This document shows positions 1 through 12,927 of a DNA stretch of 64,000 nt, one piece after another (the first letter of the stretch is position 1; each line of letters begins with the position of its first letter). Under the pieces are notes generated by a model that did not search any database, had not been told where the DNA came from, and was given only the letters and a program-made list of their open reading frames with translations. Made by a program: the position numbers and the translations under genes. Location of the stretch: the NCBI GenBank assembly GCA_964057225.1, contig OZ059899.1, positions 14,322,001 to 14,386,000 of the forward strand. Direction: 5' to 3'. The DNA is from Auanema rhodensis. Lineage: Eukaryota > Animalia > Nematoda.

Positions 1-2595
1 GCAGGATATCCAACAAGGAAAGAACATTGTCGTGTTTGAAAGATGCGAGCATTTTAATCTCACGGAACACCCGTTTACAAGAAGCTAAATTTTGAAAGAC
101 GTTGGGCATTTTCTTCAAAGCTACACGTTTTCCACTGCGAGGATCTGTTACAGACCTGAAGTATGACAAATCGTTTAAAGATCTATAGAACTGGTAAATC
201 TTACCAAACAACTCCAAAAGCACCATAACCTATGGGTCTATCAGGCTGGGCATCTTGAACAGGTACAGCAGGATAGAAAGCCTGTCCAGCAGCAGCCAAT
301 ATAGCATTTGACACATGATTAGCCTAAAAGGAGACGAAGCATAAAATTTCATACAACATAGCATTATCATACCAAAATCTTTTGAAAATATCGTAATAAA
401 CCTTCGACTAAAGCTAGTAGATACATGCCTCATAACAATTTTCGTCTAGATTACTTAATTTTCAATATGTAAAAAAAACAGGACAGAAGAATAAAAAGGT
501 GGATAAAAGAAGTTCCTTAAAGAGCCACGTGACCAAGAATAATCGTACGAATAAACCAGTGATCGTGCTTGAAACACGCCGACGAGATCTTAGGAACCGG
601 TCAACAAGATATAAATCGACAGTTTTCAGACAATACGTTTGGGTACACGACATACAATCTCCGCTTTGGAACTAACAAAAAATTAATAATAAGATTTAGT
701 CATGTTCTAACAGGAAAAAACGGAACAAGATATTCAAAATAGAGCAATTCTTGATATGACACTGGGTCGGATTCATTATGAACATCGCAAAACTTTTTGG
801 TTCACAAATCACACAGGCACAAGAATTGATTTTGTTAGCTAGCAGTGGTGGTGCCATACCAGCTGAATCAGGTGAGTTGAGAGAACGATCACTTGAGAGC
901 TTAAGCAACAATTTATTCGATGGTCATTCGCTAAATAGAATGAAAATCTTTCAGAAATATTGAACGAAAGACCCTAAGTGGAATTACATAAAAGGTTTCG
1001 CTGAGAAGCTAAATCAAACAAATCAATAGCCTAACGACTGCGTCTGAAAGTTCAGCAAACTATGAAAAAGCTCATATGAGTAGATTTTCGGTGCTTCTTC
1101 TTCGTCTTCAAGAAATTCGGAGGAAAAAGTTTTAATCGGCTAAATACTTGAAGAAAAATATAATCAAATATTGAAGAGTAGTGCAATCAAGCCGCAAGGT
1201 CGATTAAGATAGAAATACACCCTGTGTACATGGACACATATGTTGCTTAAATGTGATAACCAGCAACATCACGTGGTTCCAGCCCGATTGTTTAAACTTT
1301 CTCTCCCGAACTGAGATCACAACGCACTATCACAGCTGATACTACGAGTTCTTACGCAACGGCATGCTCTATTAGAAAGAGATTAACACCGACTACGAGA
1401 AACAGAGAAAGGAGAGATTGATTAATCGAGACATGTATCTATTTTGGTTTCAAAGGCATTTTACGATTCAAAATTAAATATAGAAACACTAACCTGTGGA
1501 AGGGGTTGTTGGGGAAGTTGTCCTTGTTTATTATCTTTTTTAAGCTGTTGAGGAGGCACCGATGAGGTGAACATAGGACCAGGTCCCACTGCTGCATGCG
1601 ACACGAGGGCCATGTCGCCTGAAAATGAAAAATGGAAAGTGAAAAATAAAAATTAAAAAGGGAAAACGACAAAAACGCAAAAACACAAGTCAAAACATAA
1701 GTTCAATGAAAAGTAGGCGAAATATATAGGATAGAGAATAAGATGTATATGTGTATGGGCTCTGCGCGTATTGACCTATTTGGATGAAACGTTCAAACAG
1801 TGGACTGCAGACGAACGAACACTATATGCATCACGCGATAGAGCAGAGCAGAGCAGAGTAGAGCGAGAGCGAGAGTATTCCAAGTGCCCACGACATACAA
1901 AAAGTACAAACGTCTAGCTGAATACCTCTGTACTTAAACCTTGTGAACTATTTAATGGAAAGGGCATCAGCAAAAGTACATGGTTTATTCTCTTTGATCT
2001 AAGTTCAGAAGTACCCATGGCAAATTCGTTCGCGAGCAAGAGCAGACAAGCAGAAGAGCAAGAATCAAAGAAACTAATCTGCTTACCGACTATATTGTGA
2101 TGAACGATGTCCTGAAGTTGTTGCTGCAAGCGTTGCAAGTGCTGCTGCGCTAAATGTTTAGCGATATCTGCCTGAGCGTAAAAAGGAAGATTGGCTGAAA
2201 AGGAAGTATTTATTAACTATTTGAGCCAAACATTATCAACTGCTTATCAGCATAGTTATAAATGTATGAGGAAGTTCAAACAGATTGTTTAGAAAACATT
2301 AACTTTTTTTGCAGCTTATGTCATTGCTGGACACAAATAACTAGCTCATGTCAAGGTCGGAACCAATATAAAAGAAGACAGATATCATCAACGATTAAAA
2401 GAAATAATGACAAGTTATATTTTTATCGGATAGCTCCATACAGGAAGTAATGGAAAGAGATTATCTTGAAAGAAAATCCGTACAAACCTTGTTGAGCTGC
2501 GAGCTGTTGCTGTCGTACTATATAGGCTTGTGTTGCCAAATCAAAAAATTCACTGCACGTAGCTGAGGAGCTGCAGCCAGATGACGACGATGATC
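1..2595 (-). CDS. lit-1: Nemo-like MAP kinase (NLK), 5' part; continues off the left edge; first exon of the long isoform not identified
   Basis: Phase-compatible GT-AG exons 2595-2488, 2194-2087, 1618-1494, 323-205 and 155-1 translate to GSSSSSGCSSSATCSEFFDLA...GDMALVSHAAVG...ANHVSNAILAAAGQAFYPAVPVQDAQPDRPIGYGAFGVVWSVTDPRSGKRVALKKMPNVFQNLASCKRVFREIKMLASFKHDNVLSLLDIL. This has the NLK Gly-loop, the VALKK lysine and the Q/H-rich N-terminus of LIT-1. Confidence 0.95.
373..426 (-). CDS. lit-1: Alternative first coding exon of lit-1 (short isoform), MYLLALVEGLLRYFQKIL
   Basis: ATG at 426, 18 codons, phase-0 donor TTG|GTATGA, in frame with the exon starting at 323. Resembles the MILIAIIESFIEYLRKIVW N-terminus I recall for a C. 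elegans LIT-1 isoform. Confidence 0.75.
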
Positions 2596-5500
2596 CTGCA
2601 AAAATACAATGAGTTAACGCATAAAACAGAACATTCTGCAAACTAAAGAAAGGAACGTGATCAAATTCAAGTGACAGGGGTGAAATGAGTAATTATAACA
2701 ATGAGAGAAATAAAAAAGCCATGCTACATCCGAGAATTTTGACTACAAAGACCATTTTAAACAAGTGCCAATGGGAATGAACTCCAATACGCGGCCTGTT
2801 AGACGAAAAGACAGATATGCACATAGCATACTTAACAAGAGTCAGCGAACAATTGAGTAGAATGAACGCTAAAGACAGAAGAGAAGGAGAAAAATATAAC
2901 CCGTTGTAATGACAGTCATAGAACGTCCTCACAGTTATTCAATCACAAGGTCAGTTGCGGTCAGCTAGTATCTGATCCATAAACTATGCTGCTTAATTAA
3001 AGTTGGTGTGCAGTAACAAGGGAGTCCAAAGATATTGCGAAAAAAATCGTGACACCCTCGAATAAGGACGGTCTGTGACGAGAAGGATTACAACGAGCGA
3101 AAAATTTCGTAAATGGTACACAGTATGTCATCATGAAGGTTAGGCTGTTTGGTCACTCGAGCGCAAGTTTACTCCTGCTTTTCACTCTTAATTCAAGTCT
3201 ATTTCGCAATAATAGTCTTGAGTCGAAAAGTTACGAAGATGTTGAAAAGACAATCAAACATTATAACATTAATATATCTTAGAAATTCGTAGACCTGAAC
3301 CATATAGCCAACGTCCAGAAGGCCTAGTTCCAGTATAATTGTCGAAATCGATGTGTAGACGTATAGAGTGGTCTAGCGGTTGTGCGAATCAGCTGATGCA
3401 GAGAGAGCCCGGTCAGAATCAAGCTATGCGCAAGAGATGCCAGACAATGACACATTGAGAGAGAATGGTCAGCTGTGTTAATGGAGAGAGAGACACAGCC
3501 CTTCGTAACGCATACACACTATAGATAGAGTATAATTCGAAGAGATTCGTTAGACATCTCTGACATCCACACACCAACCGGTCCACCAATATATGCAAAT
3601 GAGCATAAGCGAGAGAAAGATGAAGAGAGAGAGAGAGAGATATATATATATAGAGAGAGGCTCGATGTGTCCGTCCCCAGACATCGGGACAACAGCAAAC
3701 TACGAAGCCAAACGATCATGAGCAAAGATGACACTCCATAAAGCCGTCTTCAAATGTTGGTTTAGAGGACCACAAAAGTTAGAATCCGACTACGAGTGAA
3801 TACACATCTAGCCGCTATTTTTACAAAACATGGTTATGGCCACTCTAATTAAAAAATCGATCGTTTTCAAAATAAAAACAAAATGCAAGCAGTTCGACTG
3901 CATCGTATTCTAGATTTTAAACCTGTCTAAAACTTTTTAAAGAACACTTCTTCAAAAAAAGATCCATAACGACTGAGAGTACAACATTATGGGAGGAAGA
4001 TTAAAATGAGAACTGGATAGTAGAGGATTTCTGGCTTTCAACGAGAGGGTGTTTCGAGTAAAGGTGTATGGCGAGGAAAATTGATAGAACTGGATTTGAA
4101 CGCTAGTATGGTCAAAATATATGCATTATTATAATAGGCGGCTATAGCAAATATTCATTTGCTACTTACCACTAAATGATAAGATATAGATAGACCTCTA
4201 TATTACAAAACTCGAATCATTGAAGAGAACAAGGACGAATTGCACAAAGGAGGCAGCGTTGGAATAAGACAGACAGAAGAAAGGAGGATGGAGATTGAGA
4301 GCCGGTTTGTTAAGAGATGTGAAGGAATGTGCGCAATCTGACAAGGCTTATGATCTACGACGAAGCGCTACATCTTCCATTACTAAAGTAATCCCTCTTT
4401 TCAATATTAAATATACCATCCAACAAAATTAGAACGTTGCACTCAAATAAGCGCAACATTATGTTAAATAACATACTTATTATTAGAACATGGCAAAAAA
4501 AACGAAGTAAAAAATTGGCCAAGTTTATAGAAAAATAGACCAACACGCAGGTGAATTCGTTTGAAATAGAAATGCTATACAAAAAACAACCAATGAACTA
4601 CCGTGTCAGAGTGCGTGCTCTAAGAGCCCGAATCCAAAAATAGCTCGGTTCGTTTCGAAAATAGTCAGATCGTCAAAGCGAGCGAGCTCTTCGGTCTAAT
4701 AGGTAGTTCTTGGTGGAGGCTTGAGGGCGCGGTTACAATGGTCAACTGACTGAGGGGTCGAGCCTCATGTTTGCTATTCCGCACGAGTCGCCCCAGGCGC
4801 TATTCTCGGACGCTGAGTCCAGTCACGCTGCGACAAGAATAGAATCTAACCAAGGAGCCAACAATCAACAAAAACCAAACGACAGAGAAATAGCGACGAT
4901 CGAATACGCATCTTCATTCTACAGAATGAACGAACGGGAGGGGATTAACTGTGTTCAAACGAGAACAAAACGATTTCAAGCGAATATGAATTAATTCTTG
5001 TGACAACGATTAATTTCTCTGGTCCGTCTTGAAAATTCATCATATGTTCGAATCCTCACGCAAAGCTGTATCTTTCTACTGATTGACGACCGTTTAGGAA
5101 GGTCATCAAACCCTCGCAGACTTAAAACCCCCCATAGATTTGAAGTATATTGTCTTATCTGCAGACGAAACAGAAAGACATAAGATATGCATAGAAAGTA
5201 GAAACACATAATAGGAGAAATAAAGAATTGCGAAAAATCTATAATAGATTGATACACTTATATGACTATGTGCATGAATGCTAAGAGATAGCTAGCAAAA
5301 TGAGAGAAGAGTGACTATGCATAGACAGGCTTAAAGCGAGAACCGGACCGGACATAAAAACAAAGACAACACTTCCAATTAGTAGATACAACATAACTTC
5401 TTACAATCTATCAATTGCTAGTTTACATGCTTTTCTACCTTAGCCTTATTAGTGTACGAAAAAAAGCTGAAGCTAAATTTGGATACACCTAGCTTGTTCA

Positions 5501-8500
5501 AATAAATATTGCATTGAGACAACAAATAAACGAAAAGATAAATTTTCATGTACAAAGAAGGAAATGTCAACCGATTGTCATGACTAAAACCAGAAGGAAA
5601 CGCTGTCAACTAGATCAATATAGAAGGTATGTGCAAGAAATCCCACAATACACAGTACGAACTCGGTTGTAGTTTTAGAAGCTAAATCTAGATTTTCCAA
5701 TGGCTCGAGCAAAGATATTGGGATATGACCCAAAGAGGCTGTTTAGAGAAATAGGCTTATCGGGAAAGGCAGCCTGCTGTTCCTCCTGTGACATGCATGC
5801 TTTGCTTGGTTATTGAACTAGCCGTCCGATTTGTCGAATGTCAAGCTAGAAATGCGCCTGCGAAGTAGTAAAGCGATGGGCGGACTGGACACTGCGAGAA
5901 CAGGAAGAACACACACACATACAAAACACTACACCAGTAGTTGAGTGACCAACTAATACACATGAAAACTTAAAATGAAGAAGATATGAAATGAAAATTG
6001 CTCAGACGAAATGTGAATGTTACGAAAAAAGAAAACACCTAGTACAATACAAGAACAAGAAAAGCGCTAGTTCGTGAGAGTTGCCCTATTTTGTACATAT
6101 AAATGGCAAAATGAAATATCTAGATAGAAATCACACGTTCAAGAAACAGAACCAATTCCAGGAGTTCAAGGAGAAATTTTCAGAAGTCAAGTTCTGCTAG
6201 TCTTATAATTATATGTTAACAAAGAAAGCTAAAAGATATATGATTTAGAAGTGAAGCAATGCAATTGGTCGTAATTCGGTCGTAATATAGCACAACAACG
6301 ACGTAGCTATATAGCAGAGAAAGAGGAAAAAGAGAGGGTATATATAACAGAGGATTTACACTGGACATCCCTGACTCCTGTGCAAAATGATGACTTCAGA
6401 GCCAACAAGAAAATTCAAAACTTAAGGGTAGTATATATTATATATATGATACACATTTTGTTTTAAAATATATAAAAGACGACCAAGAAGCAAATGAAAT
6501 AAAAGATGAGTAAATGTTAAGTGGGTTGGTGAATTGTACCTGGCCTACTATTTTATGACCTATGATACAAGAACATTTGCACCAGGGGTTATAAATGGGA
6601 GATATGTTCATTACCAATAGCACAAAGCATATATCCTAAAGCAGCCTAACAGACATATAGATATAGAAATAAGATCAAGGCAGAGAAAGTCACATAAGCA
6701 AGAGAACATGTGATGAGAAAAAGATGGCTTCAAGTGAAAGTATAATAGAGAGAGAAAGCAGTCCGGTGATCTGGTTTCCATATGAAAGTACAGGAGTGAC
6801 TACTGTGGAAGCAGGACTGGATTTCAAGCCCAAGCAATAGATCGGCAAGCTCGTATGGAAAAATAATGTGATAACAGTTTCATCTCAGAAAAGGAAGCAT
6901 AACAATGTTAGATATTTCATCAAATTCACCTGACACAGCAATAACGCACGGTCGATCGCTATTAATAACGCTAAATGCTAAATGCTATGTGACTGACTGA
7001 CTGATTGAATGACTACGCACATACTTAGAAGAATAAGAAAATTGAAGAGATACAAAGTATTCAATATTCTTAGTTCTAACAGAATTCTAGCGAGAAATAT
7101 TAAATTGGCAAGACAGAAAACTACAACAGATGACCGAAGCATATAGAAAGAGACAGTAGCTTGAGTAAATGAGCGCCGCGACGCGAACATTGGCTGCGTT
7201 GCGGTCGACGGTACCATTCTCTAAGGTCACTCTGCATGGTTAATATAAGAGGGTGAGGTCAAATGATGGCTGCAGTTGGGCACACCTGCGCTACTACGTG
7301 ATCCACAACGGTCAACCAGGGTCGTGTACACCAAACGCTATAGACAATCCTTCAATTAGATAAATACCACGAATTATAAAAAAACTCGGAAGTATCATTA
7401 GCTTATTAGTAGAACTTGAATATTCATCGTAATACACTGATAAAATGTATTTTCAACTACGTCAATAGTCAGTCTTATAGTTTGTTTTTGTTACTTTTTG
7501 AAAATAGAAAAGAAATCTGTATCACGACATTTTGTAGACGATTACATCTAGCATTTGCAGTGTAGAGAATAAATATTCAAATTAACCGATACCAAAGCTG
7601 CATACAGCTTTTCGTTGTCTTTCTAATGGAAGGAATAGAATATAGATCTAGTTTTGGCTAAGAGATGATCTCACAAGAAGCAAAAAACAAGATATAACAT
7701 TGCTACTAGTGTATTTTGCAATTAAAATAAGGACCTATCAATATATTAATAGAATCATTGAAATCTAGATATCAGATAATTTCTTAAAGGCAATCATTCT
7801 AATATGCAGTACCAGTTGGTAGCAGCGTCCTATACATGAGACGATGTCATAGTTGGAAAACAAGAAGGAGTAGGACGTATCGAGAAGGTCGTGCCGGGAC
7901 TAAAGGTTTAGAGAGCGAGAGAAAAAGTGGGTGGGAGAGCTTGGCCAGCCACTGCCAGCCCCGGGCCAGCATGACCGCAGTCACCCACAAAAGTGCAAAA
8001 AGAAATGTACTATATATGCAGATGTCAGCGAAAAAGAGTCGTCAAAACATTCTTTTCCAAAATAATTAATTTGAAACTTCATAGGTATTACAGTGCATTC
8101 AAATAATATTCTTTGATATATCGAAAAATTCTTCAGTTTGAAAAGTAGTTCAAAGAGGGAGAATGTGTTGAACTTTTGTGTTCGCATTGAACACGATAGT
8201 CGCGTTCAATCCAAATTAGGCTTTTCCTATACTTATAGTTCTAAAAATGTACTAATAAACGAAACAACGACTCTGGACAAAAAGGACATTTTAGATAACT
8301 TTTAAGAATATGACGTACACTCTTATGTACTATGAACGAAACCGAATCTTAGATTTGAAGAAAATGAAATGCTACTATGCAATATTGATAGCAAAATGGA
8401 ATATTTGGCTTTGTAAATTTAGGAAACGGCTGGGCAGCATGCAAGCAAAGCAAACTGAACAACATCTAAAGAGATCGAAAAAATGAGCAGTGTTCTACGT

Positions 8501-11500
8501 TTGAAGTTGTTTGTTGGATAAAAACAAGGCATTGGCAAAAAAAATTATACATGTAAACATGCAATGAACCAAGACACAATGATCACGGGCTTTACTAATA
8601 AAATCTTGTTCACTATTCGGCCAACAAATAGTTAAAGCTGTCATTCAAGACATTGAATACTATCTAAGTTCCCAAGCATATATGAATAATTATTTGAAGT
8701 TCGACCAGTATTCACGTTTGTTTTCAAGTTGGGCATTGCATTAAATAGATAAACAACAGTGTTGCTATCAAAAAAAAAGGATATTGGGCCCACAAAGTGA
8801 ATAACAGTCATGTTTAAGTTAAAATCGGTAAATAGAAATTGATAATTTAATAGACAAACCCATGATAGAAGAGCAAATAAATTCAACAAAAAATACCAGT
8901 TTTTGTTTAAGAAGGCTAAATTATTCAAGTAATGAAATTAAAGAAGCATTCAATATTGAGTAATATAGAATGAGCGTGTAAAATCTTATCAGACAGCTCT
9001 GATTGGCATAGTGCTTAAATAAGCTGACAGAAATCGAAGATACAACAGCCCGTACTACATGGTTATGATAGCGAAGCTATATCCTTTTTTTGCTCAACAA
9101 CATTTCATTAGTATGCGTGAAACTTCAGGACATAAGCCCGTACATGTCTACTAAAAACTAAAGTGCATACGAAAAGAAAAAACAAGTATTTGAAAAAACA
9201 GAATAAACTATAAAATCTAGTTTGAATGTGATAGTTGGTTTGGTTCAAATTGAGAGAAATCAACACATAACCGCCAAGAGATGCCATCTGTCGAGGACTG
9301 CCTTGGAGGTGGCAATGAAGACCGTACCAGGTACAGACTGGCGGATATGGCACTGTACACGCGAACAACTTGGATTCATAGAATACAAAATCATGATTAA
9401 AAGATAAGTTTGAAATTAATTTCTTAAAGTATAATAAAAACTACCAAAAAAAGTCACAAAAGCCTACTACTATTTGCTGAAAAGCTATATAACTATCAAA
9501 ACATATATGAACAAGAGCGAGAACGAGAGAAGTAAAGTCACATATAGCAGGCGAAAAGCAACAAACAACCCATGGTAAATTATTTTTCTTAAGCATATTG
9601 ATCGTCGCTATGAGAGACTTATAAACTAAAAGCATTTCTTCTTGGGGTAGTATTCTAGCACCAGAGGTGTCCTGGTGAACTATCGCATACGACCTTCCTA
9701 CTAAGGGGCGCCTAGTAAAAAAGTTTGAAGTGACACCTTGCGTTAACTGTCATTTAAGAAAAAGCTAGAAATGCATAGATGATAATGAAAATGGCGATAT
9801 ATGAGAAAGAGAAGGTGTTCAGCTTCAACCTAGTAGTTAGCAGATTCTTCGACATAGTCGGATCCTGTCAAAAGATGCACTCACGAGCAAAGAGCGAGTA
9901 AATACGCACAGATGCCGTGACGTCACCAGCTACGTCTAAACGTATAGGCTACCAACAGTAAATTGAACATAACAAGAAAAAGGGAATTTTGAATTTGAAA
10001 TACCCTACATTTCATCTTGATTTTCCGATGTATGATAAAAGAGGCCATGAGAATATACGAGAGACAGAGATTTTTGGCTTGGTATTGGATGAATTGTGTC
10101 AGGGTTGAGGAAGTCTTCAACCTCATATCGGAAGAAGCAAAAGCTTAAATACCGAATATAGTGCAGAAAATGCAGAAGCGGCATAATGAAATAGAAAATG
10201 TAGAACGCTTATAAAAGCTCGAAAAACAGATATAAACGTAGAAAATAGTTAGAAAAAGTACACACATTTGATAGTGCACCAAGCATCGGATACTCGCATC
10301 CCATAATACAAAAAACTACACGACAAGTACATTTGTGAAATATTTTGTAAATAATCCCCAACGAAATAACAAAAAGATCTCAAGGAACTAAGTACGAAAT
10401 TTAGCTAAGGCAAGGGAACAATCGATAAAGCAAAATAAAAATTCAATTTGGTATTAAAAAAATGCATTTATATTACTAAAAAATATCTATGATCTGGAGA
10501 TGAACAGCAGAAATTCCTGAATTAAGCCTGGCTATAGAGTCAACGAATAGCAGGGAAGAGGCATATGCAACCAACACAGACATACAACTAGTTCTGTTTT
10601 TGGCTCCCCTACGTCTTCGGCAGCGAAAAACAACGACTCTTCAGGACAACAACCATGGAATGCAGATAAACAGTAAGCATTTCTACTTCTAGGGGGCTAG
10701 AGCATGACTGACTAGTCAGCAAACAAAATCAATTCGAAGCGATATTACGTATTAAGCGCAAAACTGAAACTAAAATTCCATATCTATCCAACACAAAACT
10801 CAGTACTTATTAAATAAAGGAAGAATAAACCGTTCAGGTTCTCAATAGTGAATAGTCCAACAAATGGATATTAAGTAAAATACGTCAGAAAAAAAACATG
10901 TTAGAATAGAATATCATGAATCTGAATTCAGGCAAAAAGTGCATTGACAACATATAATATACACCTGTCATATTGAAAAGAACATGTGTATGTTCATTTA
11001 TGCTTGTACAATCCACAGCAACTGACAACTAGCCTCATACTATATATTTGCCTTTTTGGCGGACCGATAACGTTTGTAATAGCAAACCAAGTTCAAAAAA
11101 TCATGTTTTGTAATACAATAGGGAACTAGGGAGAAAATGAAACTATGAGCCTGTTAGAAACTTTGATACTAAAAGAAAATAAAGTATGAAAAGATAAGGC
11201 TTGATAATTTCATTGTTCGGCTTAGACAAGGCTCAGATCATGTGAGGTCAGTGTTGGAGACGAGGCGAAAGTACAAATCATATGATACAATCAATTAATA
11301 ATTGCAGGATAAAAGCTTATGATGAATGGTAGCTGTAATTTCGGGAATGAGAGAAGCCCGAGAACAAAACTTGAAAGAGCGCCAGACAAAATCTTCTCAT
11401 CAAACCAAAATAGTAGTAAACAAAGTAAGGAAAATTAGGCAACTGAGTAGAAAATCTTTAGACGTATAGGAAATCGAGATGCAGGATCACGCGGTGACCC

Positions 11501-12213
11501 AGTGAGCGAAAGTGAAGCGTGCAATCAAATGAAAGTGAAGTCCACTCAGCCGGACAAGATCTAATCGTAAATGGCTGAATCCTAATGTAGACCAACAATA
11601 TTCAAGCTCAATAACATAACATATATTATTGTCATCTTCAAGGGAGCTAAAAATGGGAATGCCTATGGTCATGTGTCAAAAGAATTTCTATCTATGGCGC
11701 AAGAAGCATAGAAACTGGTCTAAGCTGATAGCTAAGCAGCATATCCAAGGTAAAAAGTGAAAACAGACGTAAATATAGTGGAAGAATGAAGAGAGGGATT
11801 ATAATAAAAGCGAAAAGAAAACGAACCAGCTGAAGTAGATCCTGTACCGAACGGGTCATCGTCTGGTTTTTTCTTCACACCGTTTAGCTAGAAAATAATC
11901 GTTACAATGCAAAAAAAAACTGATGTTGAAAATATAAGTCATTTAGATGAAGATGAACTAGCGTCTAAGCAACCAACCCGCCAAAAACGTCATAATACCA
12001 CTACGAGCCTATGGATATAAGCAGCCGACTCTCGCAGCGTCACCAATGCGAAATGAAATTACGTAACGCGCTCATTTCAAAATACATTTTCAAATTGCTA
12101 TATGCTAATTACGTAGACGCCAGCTTTTATTTAAATTAAATTGTACTTTTTGTGATTTTCCCAAAAAAAAAGCAACAACAACATAAATAATTAGAACTAT
12201 TTAAACAAAGTAC

Positions 12214-12308
12214 CTGATTAGTATCCATATTCAGCTTCGGCCCGTCGATATGTTTGAGATAGGCCTAACTGAAAGACTAGGCCAATACCCAAGATCGCGG
12301 ACCACTGT
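12214..12308 (-). other. Candidate upstream exon of lit-1 (mostly 5' UTR, ending ATG GAT ACT AAT CAG = MDTNQ)
   Basis: GC-richer island in AT-rich DNA, bounded by acceptor CATTTTAG and donor CAG|GTACTT. Its phase-0 end is compatible with the exon at 323. Confidence 0.35.
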
Positions 12309-12896
12309 CTAAAATGAGAAAATATGAAAAAAAAAACAATCCGATTGACGAACAAAATGCGAATAAGAAAGAAAAAAAGAAATAACGCAACAAGGCACGT
12401 TAGATGGATTTAAGAAAAGAAATAGATAAGACTATATGGTTTAAACAAGTGATAAAACTGTCATATAATCTTCAAAGAGATACGTTTAACAAAGACCAAT
12501 TCAGTAATTTTTTTTTCAAAATAAAGTTTGATTGTAATTAAGAACACAAATAAAAATATTCGAATAAATAAAAAGAGCTGAAGAGAAAAAAATGCATATC
12601 CATATGCATACATAAATACGCAAAAATGATGAAGAAATATCAAATTGGTGTAAATGTAAAATTAATAAGCAATAAATTATATAAATAAAACTCTAAACAA
12701 ACAACAACACAATACGCATTATCATTTTTGTTTCTTATTCACATGTTTTCTTTTTTTTTCAGAGTAAAGTCATCAAGCACAAAAATATTTGTTTTTCACC
12801 AATGTGAAAAGATATTAGGCAAAAGCCAGGGAACATATTTTGGCAAAAACTGACCTGACAAGCGTATAAAAAAAGCAATCTTATATTTTTGTCTTC

Positions 12897-12927
<31 letters not shown>

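Noticed and set aside
5046-5055. GTTCGAATCC B-box / tRNA T-loop
   Set aside because: No T-stem, acceptor stem or cloverleaf around it.
8216-8221. Isolated TTAGGC telomere units and scattered CTGTTTCA (piRNA-motif-like) words
   Set aside because: Single copies, not arrays or clusters.
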